DNA of 64,000 nucleotides from a virus: IMG/VR virus record IMGVR_UViG_3300050821_001198, positions 32,001-96,000 of that record; one strand, given 5' to 3'. Under the pieces are notes generated by a model, which searched no databases, was not told the origin of the DNA, and worked only from the letters and a program-made list of their open reading frames with translations. Shown here piece after piece: positions 1-8,975 of this stretch; position 1 is the stretch's first letter, and each line of letters begins with the position of its first letter. The translations under genes were made by a program, and so were the position numbers.

Positions 1-3000
1 TTAGAGTATGTGCCGGGACTCTGCACGGGGTTGAACGGGCTCGTGGGCTTGGCGCCCGGTACCGAGACCGCCCACGGAGGGGATGGCTGACCGCCATCTG
101 TGGTGCCCGGTCCCTGCCACTGCTCCCATAGCTGCATCTGCTGGCCGGGGAACGGCGGGATGACGCCCTGGGGCTGTGCTCGCTGCTGCGGCTGAGCCTG
201 CTGTGCCGGTGGCATCCCCGGAAGCGGCTGCTGACCCTGATCGGCCGGGAACATGTCCCCGTTAGGCATGAACGTACGTGGGCCGCTGGGAGCCTCTCTG
301 ACGCCAATCGGCGCTGGGGCGGGTGCTGGGCCGCCTTTCGGCGCTCCTGGCCCCGGAGGGCCTCCTGGCTGCCCTGGGAGCCCGGGTGGACCGCCTGGGG
401 CTGGAGCCGGTTGCCCAGAGGGTCCCTGTTGCTCGTCATCGTCGTCTACAGGGGCTGAGAGGCTCTTCCAGTATAGCGCGAGAACGTGAGAGCACGGACG
501 CTGCTCGTACTTCTTCCACTTGCGAGTGCGATCAAATGAGAACTGAGCCCATGGGCACTGGCAGTTGTGAACATTCACCCCATAGACACGGAATGAGTGA
601 TCCTCTTCGACCTCCATGTCAAACACGGGGCCGTCGTAATCCTCGAAGGTAACGCTCTCGATCTTATACCAAGACTTGCCATCGCGGACGAACCGAGGAT
701 TGCAGCGAGCGCCGGTCGCCCACCGCACTCGGTAAATCCGTCGCCAGTTCTTGACGAATCCATTACCACTGTTCTCGTCATTCCATGTAAGCGAGGTAGC
801 ATGACCGAGACGATCAAGAATAAGGCGAAGCTGATGTGCCATCGACCCACTTGTTGTGATGATAGAGGTTCGATTGCCGTCTACATGGCCGTCGCCCGCG
901 ACATAGGCATCGATAAAAGCCCTCTGGACGGCCAACGGGGCTCGAAGTAGGGAAGGATGAAGTTGCTTCAAATGAGACCCGGTTCCTACCGCCTCTGTCA
1001 CAAGGGCTCGTAGACCCCCGTCCGATACTCGGAAGTCTGTCGTGTCCATACGATCCGTTCCGGGCCATGTATTCATGCGAATGGTCCCCGGCGTCCCGAA
1101 CTTACGTTCGATGATCTCAGATAGCTTCTTGGCGATGGGTCGCTCGTCCCGATGCATACTAAAACCGATCCGATTCTTTGTTGCCTTGATCACGAACCCT
1201 TCAGCCGCATACCATCCCAAGACGGTCCCCATATCCTCATCGATAGTGACGCCAGCAATCACGCAAGTCTCTTCCTCCTGAATCGGAGTGGATGACAGAT
1301 AGCCACCCGCTTGAAGCTTGTTTGCCTGCTCCCACCCGAACCTCGGGTTTAGCGGCCCCTCCCCAAGCTTGATCTTGCCGCGCCAACCAACACAGTCTTG
1401 CAGGTAGTAATCGTCGTTGGCCGACCAGAACTGGTGGTCCTCGGTGCAGACAATAGGCTCATCCACCCCCTGAAGCTTGATTGTCGCCAGCCGCCCTCGG
1501 TAGGGCTTTGACCAATGAGTAAGAACAGCCCGCGAGTTACCCTCATGAGTGAGAACGTGGTCGCCAACACCGATATCCTTGATTGCACGTCGAGTCCCGT
1601 CTGCCATTGTGACAGGGGCATCGGGGAGGAAACAATGCCAGTTGGTGATCACCCGTGACTCCGGGTCCTGGCGGCCGATCTCTACCTCGTACTGACCGTG
1701 GTCGCCCTGCACGGTGCCAACGATGTTCGTGGTGCCGTTGCGGAGTAGGATGACCTGATTACCCTGGATGAGCCGCTTGGCCTTCTCCATGATGTCGTTC
1801 CAGTCTGCCGTCTTGATAGCGCTCTCCCGCCGTTGAACGGCTATGCGCCTAATCCGTTCTGGTGGGATTGGCTCAACTACCCGCCATCCTGAACTCATCA
1901 GCGAAGTGCCAGCCTTACCTCCCGGTAAGAAGTTTTCAGGATCTTCGTATATCGGTCCAGTTGGTTCAACTCGGTAGACATTTGCTTGATCGCCCCCGTA
2001 TAAGCCAGCCTGATCAGGATCAACATGAGCATATGCCATCGTAGGGTGATAGGATTGATTGCGTACCCCTTCGACTTCGCTGAAGTTACCAGGATGTCCT
2101 ATCTCAGAAGCCGGTTGTACGACGTCACCAGGATTGAGTAGAGCATTGGTGCCATGGTAAAAAGGTCCTTCACCCTCATAGGGATAGAAAGGTGATTCAT
2201 CGGTTGGTGGCGGTGTAATACGTCGCATTCCTATCGTTCTGCGACGGGTATTCGGAACGTTTGCGCCAGGGGCATAGTAACTCTCATATGCCCATTGGGA
2301 TGGGTCCATCAACTCTAGGCGATCAGGGGATATCGGCTGAGTCGTCATAGCGGCATCTTCAGGAGGGGATCCCAAGTATGGGTCACCTACAAGAGGTAAA
2401 CCCTCATGACGAACGCGCCACACATCATAGGGGACATGGAAATCAAAGTACTTCATCGCAGCATAATCGTGAGCACTATGTTCATCGCCCCAAAGATAAT
2501 TGCCCTCTGGTGCCTCGATACTCGCATCGGCACCCCGAGCGTGGTCCAAACCATACTGGAGGATGCTATCACGGGAATCAGAGGGCGCAACGTGGTACAT
2601 CACCTGTGGTGTGCTTGATATTCGGCTCGGATTACATTCTGGGCAACTAGGATTTACCTCAGATGATTCACCTTCATGATATCCCAATTGGTGTGCCAAG
2701 GTTTGCGCTGGTCCTCCGCTAGCCCACGATACATACCGTTGATAATGAGGATGGTCAGGTGGGACTATTTCGGGGCCTGGATGCTGTCCACTTGTCGTGT
2801 CTACGATAGTTCCATCTGGCGCTACATTCCAAGAATGATCGCCGGGGCCAAGTCTTGGACGTACATAGAAACCCGCATCTTGTCTCAGATGCGGCCATTG
2901 ACGTGCTACGGCACTGGCTAGTTCGTAGCACTCTTCCTTGGCTCGATATTTGGCTAATTCATCGCGTGACGGGATCACCTGTGGTGTGCCCGGGTCATAC

Positions 3001-3191
3001 TCGCTATCCTCCGTTGGCTCATCCGGCATCTCGGTCTCGGCCAGCTTATACCCATGGTACGCTAGCTCGATCTCCGCGACCTCTCGAAGCGGTCCTCGCG
3101 AGAACACGATCACGCCCTGATCCGTCTTGAGACAGGAAGCGTGCTGAGTGAACCCGATGCAAGGGCGATCTAGGATCTCTTGAAGTTCCAC
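1..3191 (-). CDS. Large multidomain (polyvalent) protein, 3' end beyond the window: papain-like domain, Tpt1/KptA-like ART, Arr-like ART, SWIM zinc finger interrupted by an intein, Pro/Gly/Gln-rich tail
   Basis: Manual translation: GTG at 3189-3191, open frame to position 1 with no stop, so absent from the ORF track. Motifs: EECYELA..GDHSWNV..IVDTT; MYHVAPSDSRDSILQYGL..GNYLW..YDVWRV..PISPDRL; GPFYHGT..MAYA..VYRVEPTGPIYEDPEN; WH|intein|CQCPW..RPCSHVLAL. Confidence 0.9.
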   Translation of the reverse strand, partial: MELQEILDRPCIGFTQHASCLKTDQGVIVFSRGPLREVAEIELAYHGYKLAETEMPDEPTEDSEYDPGTPQVIPSRDELAKYRAKEECYELASAVARQWPHLRQDAGFYVRPRLGPGDHSWNVAPDGTIVDTTSGQHPGPEIVPPDHPHYQRYVSWASGGPAQTLAHQLGYHEGESSEVNPSCPECNPSRISSTPQVMYHVAPSDSRDSILQYGLDHARGADASIEAPEGNYLWGDEHSAHDYAAMKYFDFHVPYDVWRVRHEGLPLVGDPYLGSPPEDAAMTTQPISPDRLELMDPSQWAYESYYAPGANVPNTRRRTIGMRRITPPPTDESPFYPYEGEGPFYHGTNALLNPGDVVQPASEIGHPGNFSEVEGVRNQSYHPTMAYAHVDPDQAGLYGGDQANVYRVEPTGPIYEDPENFLPGGKAGTSLMSSGWRVVEPIPPERIRRIAVQRRESAIKTADWNDIMEKAKRLIQGNQVILLRNGTTNIVGTVQGDHGQYEVEIGRQDPESRVITNWHCFLPDAPVTMADGTRRAIKDIGVGDHVLTHEGNSRAVLTHWSKPYRGRLATIKLQGVDEPIVCTEDHQFWSANDDYYLQDCVGWRGKIKLGEGPLNPRFGWEQANKLQAGGYLSSTPIQEEETCVIAGVTIDEDMGTVLGWYAAEGFVIKATKNRIGFSMHRDERPIAKKLSEIIERKFGTPGTIRMNTWPGTDRMDTTDFRVSDGGLRALVTEAVGTGSHLKQLHPSLLRAPLAVQRAFIDAYVAGDGHVDGNRTSIITTSGSMAHQLRLILDRLGHATSLTWNDENSGNGFVKNWRRIYRVRWATGARCNPRFVRDGKSWYKIESVTFEDYDGPVFDMEVEEDHSFRVYGVNVHNCQCPWAQFSFDRTRKWKKYEQRPCSHVLALYWKSLSAPVDDDDEQQGPSGQPAPAPGGPPGLPGQPGGPPGPGAPKGGPAPAPAPIGVREAPSGPRTFMPNGDMFPADQGQQPLPGMPPAQQAQPQQRAQPQGVIPPFPGQQMQLWEQWQGPGTTDGGQPSPPWAVSVPGAKPTSPFNPVQSPGTYS
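564..1634 (-). mobile_element. Class 1 intein (~357 aa) with LAGLIDADG homing endonuclease, inserted in the SWIM domain
   Basis: Starts CFLPDAPVTMADG; block B IVCTEDHQFW; endonuclease motifs VLGWYAAEG and AFIDAYVAGDG; ends VFDMEVEEDHSFRVYGVNVHN followed by Cys+1. Confidence 0.93.
2599..2989. repeat. 16-bp direct repeat ATCACCTGTGGTGTGC (2599-2614 and 2974-2989) bracketing the papain-like domain
   Basis: Exact copies 375 bp apart (in frame); each encodes TPQV. Confidence 0.9.
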
Positions 3192-3209
3192 GTCTATTAC
3201 CAGGCCGTT

Positions 3210-4346
3210 CTAGTAGATCCGAACGCCCAACTGCTTGAGCTTCTCGCCATACCCACGATTCATGATCATCTTGTACGCCAGGTTGCTCGCAGAGAAGTCA
3301 CCCTTACCGGAGGTTTGATCTCTCTGCCGCCGCCGATGGATGACCCCGTAATACTGAACAGCCTTCTCGGGCTCGAACTTGAGTAGGGTGTTCATCTTGT
3401 CGCAGACCTCAAGCGCGTACGTGTAGTCGGCGTGACGCTCTCGTTCAACATCGTGGCTCATACTGTGATCGGGCGGGACGATCCACTTACGGGTCTCAAG
3501 GTCGTACGCGGAACGCAGCCCCGGCTTGTACAGGTCGTGGACCGTCAGCGTCTTCGAGACCACGAACGCCTGGATGTCGTGAGCAGTGCCCGGTAGGAGG
3601 ATACCGTCGAACTCCTTGACCATGACACCGATCATCTCGCCACGGGACCACTCGGGGAGCCCTGAGACGAAAAGGCTGATGTCGCAGTCTGAGTGTGCGC
3701 TGTACTGGTACGTAGTAAGAGAGCCTGTGAGGACGAGCTTGAGCCACCTATTCGGACCCTCGTAGCCGTGCCGCTCCAGCGCTCCGTAGATCGTCTTGTG
3801 AATCCAGTCGTTGAGCTTGGGCTTCAACTGTGGGGTGGCGGTATTCGGGGCGATCCATACGGCCGGATCGAGATAGGGCTGGATTGGATCGAGGATATTG
3901 GCGTCCTTGAAGTGCGGTGCCAACACTAACTCCACCACGTTGTGAAGGTTCTTCTCTAGCAATTCGGCCTGACCTTCGTCTAGATCAAGCTCGTGCGGGA
4001 GCTTGACATCTACCTTCACGTCCTTGGGAGTGATCTCCGTGTCGTACACAGCGTCGGGTGTTTGACACTCAGTCTCAAGGGCGGAAACCTTGACCTTATG
4101 CCAACCCGGTGCCTTCACGTCCCACTCATAGTCCTCGCTGCCCACGTCGATCTTGTAGTTCGGGTACTCCTTCTCGGCCGCCTTCTGGACCTTGCTGAAC
4201 AGTTCGGTCGGATCAGCGTCACCTAGGACGATCTGGACCTTCTTCTCGGCATCATTGACGTAGATCTCTCCGTAGTCAATCGACTCGCCCACCTGATGCT
4301 TGAGGCTATCCATGCCAGTCCGCCAATCTCGTATCTCCGCCGCCAT
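3210..4346 (-). CDS. Pol-beta superfamily nucleotidyltransferase domain protein
   Basis: LTGSLTTYQYSAHSDCDISL (GS..DxD) and C-terminal GDFSASNLAYKMIMNRGY, typical of large-phage NTases. Confidence 0.8.
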   Translation of the reverse strand: MAAEIRDWRTGMDSLKHQVGESIDYGEIYVNDAEKKVQIVLGDADPTELFSKVQKAAEKEYPNYKIDVGSEDYEWDVKAPGWHKVKVSALETECQTPDAVYDTEITPKDVKVDVKLPHELDLDEGQAELLEKNLHNVVELVLAPHFKDANILDPIQPYLDPAVWIAPNTATPQLKPKLNDWIHKTIYGALERHGYEGPNRWLKLVLTGSLTTYQYSAHSDCDISLFVSGLPEWSRGEMIGVMVKEFDGILLPGTAHDIQAFVVSKTLTVHDLYKPGLRSAYDLETRKWIVPPDHSMSHDVERERHADYTYALEVCDKMNTLLKFEPEKAVQYYGVIHRRRQRDQTSGKGDFSASNLAYKMIMNRGYGEKLKQLGVRIY

Positions 4347-6270
4347 CGTCTCGAAGATGCAAGCTCTTGACCTCTAGGGTCGGGAACTTGGCGTACCAGA
4401 GCTTGAGGAAGTAGTTGGCCGTCCACGGCATGTTGGTGAAGGTGTGGATTATGACCTTGCCGCTCGGGTCATAGACACCATCCACGATCCCTCCGGGGGT
4501 GAACTGCCCAGGGATGTCGGAGACGGTGGTACCCGGCTGACCCGTTGTGATCGTATCATCCTTGATGTCGTAGATGAACGGAAGCGGTCCTGCAAGGCTC
4601 TCGCCCGGAGTCGTCCTGTTGGTAAGCGCTACCTTGACCAGAAGAGCGTTTATATCTTCAGGTCGTCCGGCGACTCCGGACACCCGGTCATCCCCCGTGA
4701 GCCGTGCAATAGCCGATATACCAGCATGTCGCCAAGCCACGAGGTAATGATCCGATTCTGCGCTACTGGTCCTTTCCGAAATTCCTCGTAGGTGCGAGCC
4801 GAGGTTTCCGGCTTGAGCAGCCGTGACGTGGGCAACGTAAGGAAACTGATCCTCGAAGCGGTTAGACGGTGAAGGGTTGTCGGGGTCCCGTAGCTCGGGC
4901 ATGTGGGAGTCGTCCGGAAGAGGCGCTCCGTCCACGGCGGGATTGAGACTTTCTTCACGGTGTTGATGTTCGAGGTATTCGCTATAGGTCGGGTATACTG
5001 CGCCGCAGTGTTCACACTTGAATGCTCCACCATTGGTGGAACCAGATTCATTCTCGTAACGCGCCGGATACTGGATGTCATCTGGCTGCGTAGGATTCGG
5101 GTCGGCGTTGTTGTGAAGGTCAAGATGCTCAAGGGGTTTCACCACGTTATCGTTGTAGGCTAGTAGAGTGTGTCCCTGATCCTCGCACCACTCGCTGAGA
5201 CAGGCGAACACGCGCTTGTCATCCTCGAATGCGACGTGACGCATGGACAAAGGGTAATCGGGCTGAGTCAAAACTTGTACACGGGTATAACCGCTCGTGG
5301 TTGTCAGCGCCCCGGTAATGCGGGAATCTTCAACCAGCGAAAGAGCACCATACCGATGGACAATCACCAACTCGCCCGCATTCGTATACGCAAAGTAGGT
5401 CCGACTGCTGGACTTGCCGAGGAACGCTTCATCGTCTATAGGCGTCCCGTCAGCCTGGGCAAGCCCTCCCCAACTCCAGCCAGCGTGCTTCCCGTAGTCC
5501 TTGAGGACTCGCATGAGAGCGTTGGGGCTAATGTTCCCGGTTGCATGCCAGAATGCTACCCCATCTGACACATCTACTGTCCCTGCTGACATTGGTCCCA
5601 TGTGATTGGGCTCCGCTCCCGTGTGGCCTAGGAGGTCTTCGTGGCTGTGGAACGGTGACACTTCGAGGGACCCGTTAGCGTAGACGTACTTGTACTCGCC
5701 ATTGGCTGTGTCGGTGAGATCGTCGTGCATATAACGCTGGTCCATGTCGTCAATATTCTGTGGCGTCTCGCCCGGATAGGCGTCCCCAATCATGTCGGCA
5801 AACTTATGGAGCGCATCAGGGTTGTCGAAGAGCCGGTTAGCACGCTGAGCAAATCGCGCGGCCCGTTCATTGTTGAGCGCGGGCACAATCTCAATGCCAG
5901 CGTAGAACGGGTGAGAAGACTTCTTGAAGACGACAGGACCCGGCCGGTGGCTACGGTGTCGAGGCTGTAGCTCCAGTCCGGTGTCGTCGGGGTGAATCTT
6001 CATCCCGTTGAGAGATGGGTGTGCGGGCTTCTGAGCGAAGAGATCGCCGGTCAGGTCTAGGACGTACTTCCCGTCCTTACTGAGCCACACGTAGTGGCCG
6101 TCCTTGCGTGCGACGTGTCCACCGAGGCGATTGGCCAGCCAAGAAGCTGTGACGTAGCATTGCCCCGCCGACCGCTGCGGGTGACCCTTGAACGCCGGGT
6201 GACGTGTGTCATCGTCCCATGCACGCTCTGCGGCCTCTCGTAGAAGGTGAAGCTCGCCCTGGCTGAGCAT
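4306..6270 (-). CDS. Multidomain protein: N-terminal YunG/papain-like domain and internal C2H2 zinc finger
   Basis: AGQCYVTA..GHYVW..VLDLTG (C-H-D); FKCEHCGAVYPTYSEYLEHQHRE; 654 aa. Confidence 0.65.
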   Translation of the reverse strand: MLSQGELHLLREAAERAWDDDTRHPAFKGHPQRSAGQCYVTASWLANRLGGHVARKDGHYVWLSKDGKYVLDLTGDLFAQKPAHPSLNGMKIHPDDTGLELQPRHRSHRPGPVVFKKSSHPFYAGIEIVPALNNERAARFAQRANRLFDNPDALHKFADMIGDAYPGETPQNIDDMDQRYMHDDLTDTANGEYKYVYANGSLEVSPFHSHEDLLGHTGAEPNHMGPMSAGTVDVSDGVAFWHATGNISPNALMRVLKDYGKHAGWSWGGLAQADGTPIDDEAFLGKSSSRTYFAYTNAGELVIVHRYGALSLVEDSRITGALTTTSGYTRVQVLTQPDYPLSMRHVAFEDDKRVFACLSEWCEDQGHTLLAYNDNVVKPLEHLDLHNNADPNPTQPDDIQYPARYENESGSTNGGAFKCEHCGAVYPTYSEYLEHQHREESLNPAVDGAPLPDDSHMPELRDPDNPSPSNRFEDQFPYVAHVTAAQAGNLGSHLRGISERTSSAESDHYLVAWRHAGISAIARLTGDDRVSGVAGRPEDINALLVKVALTNRTTPGESLAGPLPFIYDIKDDTITTGQPGTTVSDIPGQFTPGGIVDGVYDPSGKVIIHTFTNMPWTANYFLKLWYAKFPTLEVKSLHLRDDGGGDTRLADWHG

Positions 6271-7037
6271 TAGAACGGCATCTCCGAATGTGGCTCGGTG
6301 GTCTCGGGCATAGCGTCGTTGTTCGGAAGCATGTAAGGGTTACGGAACGGAACTTCCTCTAGAAGTCGGTAAGTGCCATTTGGCCGGTAGAAGCCGATGC
6401 CTGTTCGGGGCTGTCCGCGATAGCTCCCCCAGGGCTCATTGAGGGTGAACGGCTTGACGTAAATGTCGGCCAGTGAACGTCGGAAATCCAGCGCCACGAG
6501 CACGCCCAGAATCCCCTTGTAGCCCGCCTCTGCTGCGGCTGCGTTCTTGGTGATCTTCTCATCTGGCCCCACATTGAACTGAAGGGCGGCGTTGTCAACG
6601 TTGTACGACCGGACTTCGATACCCCATTCCTCGGTAGCCATGTCAAGGGGCGACGTGTAAGTGGGAGAGGTCCACACGATCTTCCCGTACCCGGGCAAGT
6701 ACCCGATCTCTTTGAGCAGGTTCTCCCCGATGTCTCCCTGCTCCTTGAGTGACAACCCGGAGCGAGTGGCACCGCCGGGGCCAACCGCCAATTGCATCTG
6801 GGCGTTGCCCATCTGGTCGGCCATCTCAGGCGTTGTGCCGCAGTTCGGACAGGTCTGTGTAAGGCTGAGTCCAGGGGCGTGCATGAAACCGCACCCATTG
6901 TGGGCGCAGGGAGAAAACCCCGCGTCCATGAGGTTAGTGCGCTCATTCTGGTCATAGGCAAGCTGTCCTGTTCCCTGTCCCGGGACTTGGGACTCTGGTT
7001 CCTGTGTCGGATCGGCTAGCGGGTCCTCGGGGTTCAT
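6270..7037 (-). CDS. Zn-ribbon plus PD-(D/E)xK-like nuclease-fold protein
   Basis: CAHNGC..CPNC; QGDIGE..SPLD..WGIEVRS. Confidence 0.55.
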   Translation of the reverse strand: MNPEDPLADPTQEPESQVPGQGTGQLAYDQNERTNLMDAGFSPCAHNGCGFMHAPGLSLTQTCPNCGTTPEMADQMGNAQMQLAVGPGGATRSGLSLKEQGDIGENLLKEIGYLPGYGKIVWTSPTYTSPLDMATEEWGIEVRSYNVDNAALQFNVGPDEKITKNAAAAEAGYKGILGVLVALDFRRSLADIYVKPFTLNEPWGSYRGQPRTGIGFYRPNGTYRLLEEVPFRNPYMLPNNDAMPETTEPHSEMPF

Positions 7038-7055
7038 ACAACCCTTATCGGGTCG

Positions 7056-7265
7056 CTAGACCGGCTTACGCTTGTCGTGCTCGCGGATCGCCGCTAGGTG
7101 AGCGCCGCCGTCACAGTGGGCACACAGCACAACAGGAAGAGTAGGACGGAAGAAGCCGCTGGCCGTTACCTCGTCCGGCAATACGATGATGCGATGCTCG
7201 GGCACGTCTCCGTGCTTTGCCCGCCTGCATACTGTTGGGATCTCAGGTGGCTCTACGGTCGCCAT
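7056..7265 (-). CDS. Small hypothetical protein, possible Zn-binding
   Basis: 69-aa ORF tightly packed with neighbours; CAHC motif. Confidence 0.55.
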   Translation of the reverse strand: MATVEPPEIPTVCRRAKHGDVPEHRIIVLPDEVTASGFFRPTLPVVLCAHCDGGAHLAAIREHDKRKPV

Positions 7266-7268
7266 TGC

Positions 7269-7490
7269 TTACCTTGGAATCTCGATACAGCCAAACCCGC
7301 AAGTAAACGCTCGACCGCGCCTGCGACAAGTGCGAGTGCATCGGTTGCAGTGAACGAGCCCCTTGGAACAAGTGGAGTATCTCGCGGACGGCACCGCGTA
7401 TACAGTGCCCCCGTGCTCGCACTCGTACTCATGCTTGATCGGTCGGTCGTTGATGACCTCTCGCGGGATAACCTGTGGCTGTCCATCCAT
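7269..7490 (-). CDS. Small Cys-rich hypothetical protein
   Basis: 73 aa, multiple CxxC/CxxH; AAGGA upstream. Confidence 0.55.
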   Translation of the reverse strand: MDGQPQVIPREVINDRPIKHEYECEHGGTVYAVPSARYSTCSKGLVHCNRCTRTCRRRGRAFTCGFGCIEIPR

Positions 7491-7495
7491 GATCC

Positions 7496-8098
7496 TTAGT
7501 CCTTGCGGTTGACGATCTGCTTCATCACGTCACCAGCGATAGTGACGAATGCCGTCTGAGCGGCCTGACCGGCGGTCTCATCAATCTGAGCGCCAAAGAA
7601 GTAGGGAGCAAGTCTGCCACTGTCATCCGGAGCCGGTGCGACTGTGACCACCATGAAGGCCGCTCCTGAGGTCATTACCTCGATGGCCTTGCGAAGCATC
7701 CCGGCGTAGTTGTCGATCTCTTCCTCATCGGTAGGCGGTGCTGCTCCTGCTGTTGCTAGAAGGCGTCGTAGGATCTCCGACTCGACCCCTTCCTGACCGC
7801 CTAGCACGGGCGTCGGTTCCTCGATGTCCTCGGGGATCTCTTCCTCGGTGATCTCCGGGGGAGCGATTACCTCAAAGTGGGCGGCGTAGGTCCACATGTT
7901 CCGCTCGTTGTTGTAACGCATGTGCTTCTTATCCCAGATTACAAGGATACGCTCGAACTTCTCGGGATCGATTGTGTACTCCCCGATGGTTGCCTCGGCA
8001 CCAGCAAAGGACAATGGGTACACCTTGTCGTACCCCGGACGTAGGCGGACTCGGGACCCCTTGGTGTATGGAAGTGGCTCGTTACTAGTCTCTGACAC
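7496..8098 (-). CDS. Hypothetical protein (N-terminal SH3-like region, acidic linker)
   Basis: 200-aa ORF in operon. Confidence 0.6.
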   Translation of the reverse strand: MSETSNEPLPYTKGSRVRLRPGYDKVYPLSFAGAEATIGEYTIDPEKFERILVIWDKKHMRYNNERNMWTYAAHFEVIAPPEITEEEIPEDIEEPTPVLGGQEGVESEILRRLLATAGAAPPTDEEEIDNYAGMLRKAIEVMTSGAAFMVVTVAPAPDDSGRLAPYFFGAQIDETAGQAAQTAFVTIAGDVMKQIVNRKD

Positions 8099-8327
8099 TT
8101 GTCCGCGCTATCAAGGAGATGAGTCGGTCGGCTGTTCTGAGGCCGACATACACCATGACCACCTTCGACAGACGGTTTAGTGCCTTGACAGGGAGGGTGG
8201 CCGTCAGCGCCGCTGTGGCCATCACAAGCATGTCCGGATCAGTAAGTGCAGATTCATAGATGCCCCTGCCAACGGCCGTGGCAAACTCAGGAAACTGCCG
8301 TTCTTTGTCTGTGAGAATCGTCGTCAT
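8085..8327 (-). CDS. Hypothetical protein
   Basis: ATG at 8327 overlaps the upstream stop (ATGA). Confidence 0.55.
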   Translation of the reverse strand: MTTILTDKERQFPEFATAVGRGIYESALTDPDMLVMATAALTATLPVKALNRLSKVVMVYVGLRTADRLISLIARTSVRD

Positions 8328-8788
8328 CGGTAACTTCCAACTGAAGTGACTGAACTGTAGCACTCTTGAGGGAGTCGTACAAGTGTGTCACTATAGAGGT
8401 CAACAAACCCCTCCATTACCTCAGGGGGAACCCGCGTTTCGTCGGGTCGGGCAGCATTACGAGCCCGTGCCTCATCGAGATTCTTGAACAGGATGAAGTG
8501 GGTATCGGCGTGACAATCGCTAGCCACGTCCCGGATTCGCTGACGATGCTCCACGGTCAGAAAGGTTGCGTCGGCAACCACATCAACGTCGTGCTGAAGG
8601 GCCGTAGCAATCTCCCCGTAGAACACATCCCAAGGCTTGATGTCCTCCCGATGCGCCTCTTTGAGCGATCCGGCTAGGCGCTTGCGAATCACATCGGACG
8701 AGACGATCTTGTAGTGGTATCGGAATAGCTCTGCCAGTGTGCTCTTCCCGCAACCCGGGACTCCAGCGAGGATGATTAGGTTACTCAT
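8324..8788 (-). CDS. P-loop kinase of polynucleotide kinase (AAA_33) type
   Basis: MSNLIILAGVPGCGKST; SSDVIRK; VADATFL; RNAAR lid. Confidence 0.8.
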   Translation of the reverse strand: MSNLIILAGVPGCGKSTLAELFRYHYKIVSSDVIRKRLAGSLKEAHREDIKPWDVFYGEIATALQHDVDVVADATFLTVEHRQRIRDVASDCHADTHFILFKNLDEARARNAARPDETRVPPEVMEGFVDLYSDTLVRLPQECYSSVTSVGSYR

Positions 8789-8975
8789 CGACGCCCACCG
8801 CGTCATACCCGAACTCTGACAGGACGGACAACACAGCCACCTTGACCTCTTCAACCGGCATCTCCATATCGGGGCTCTTAGCCATGAAGACGGCCGTCGT
8901 CGCCCCCGCAATCAGATAGGCAAGCTCCTTGAGCTTGGTGGCGCTAAGCGTGTATTGGGTCTCGGTGGCTGTCAT
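8781..8975 (-). CDS. Hypothetical protein
   Basis: 64 aa, overlapping start/stop with neighbours. Confidence 0.55.
   Translation of the reverse strand: MTATETQYTLSATKLKELAYLIAGATTAVFMAKSPDMEMPVEEVKVAVLSVLSEFGYDAVGVDE

Noticed and set aside
253-3386. Many short plus-strand and alternate-frame ORFs in the track
   Set aside because: They are shadows of the long minus-strand gene at 1-3191
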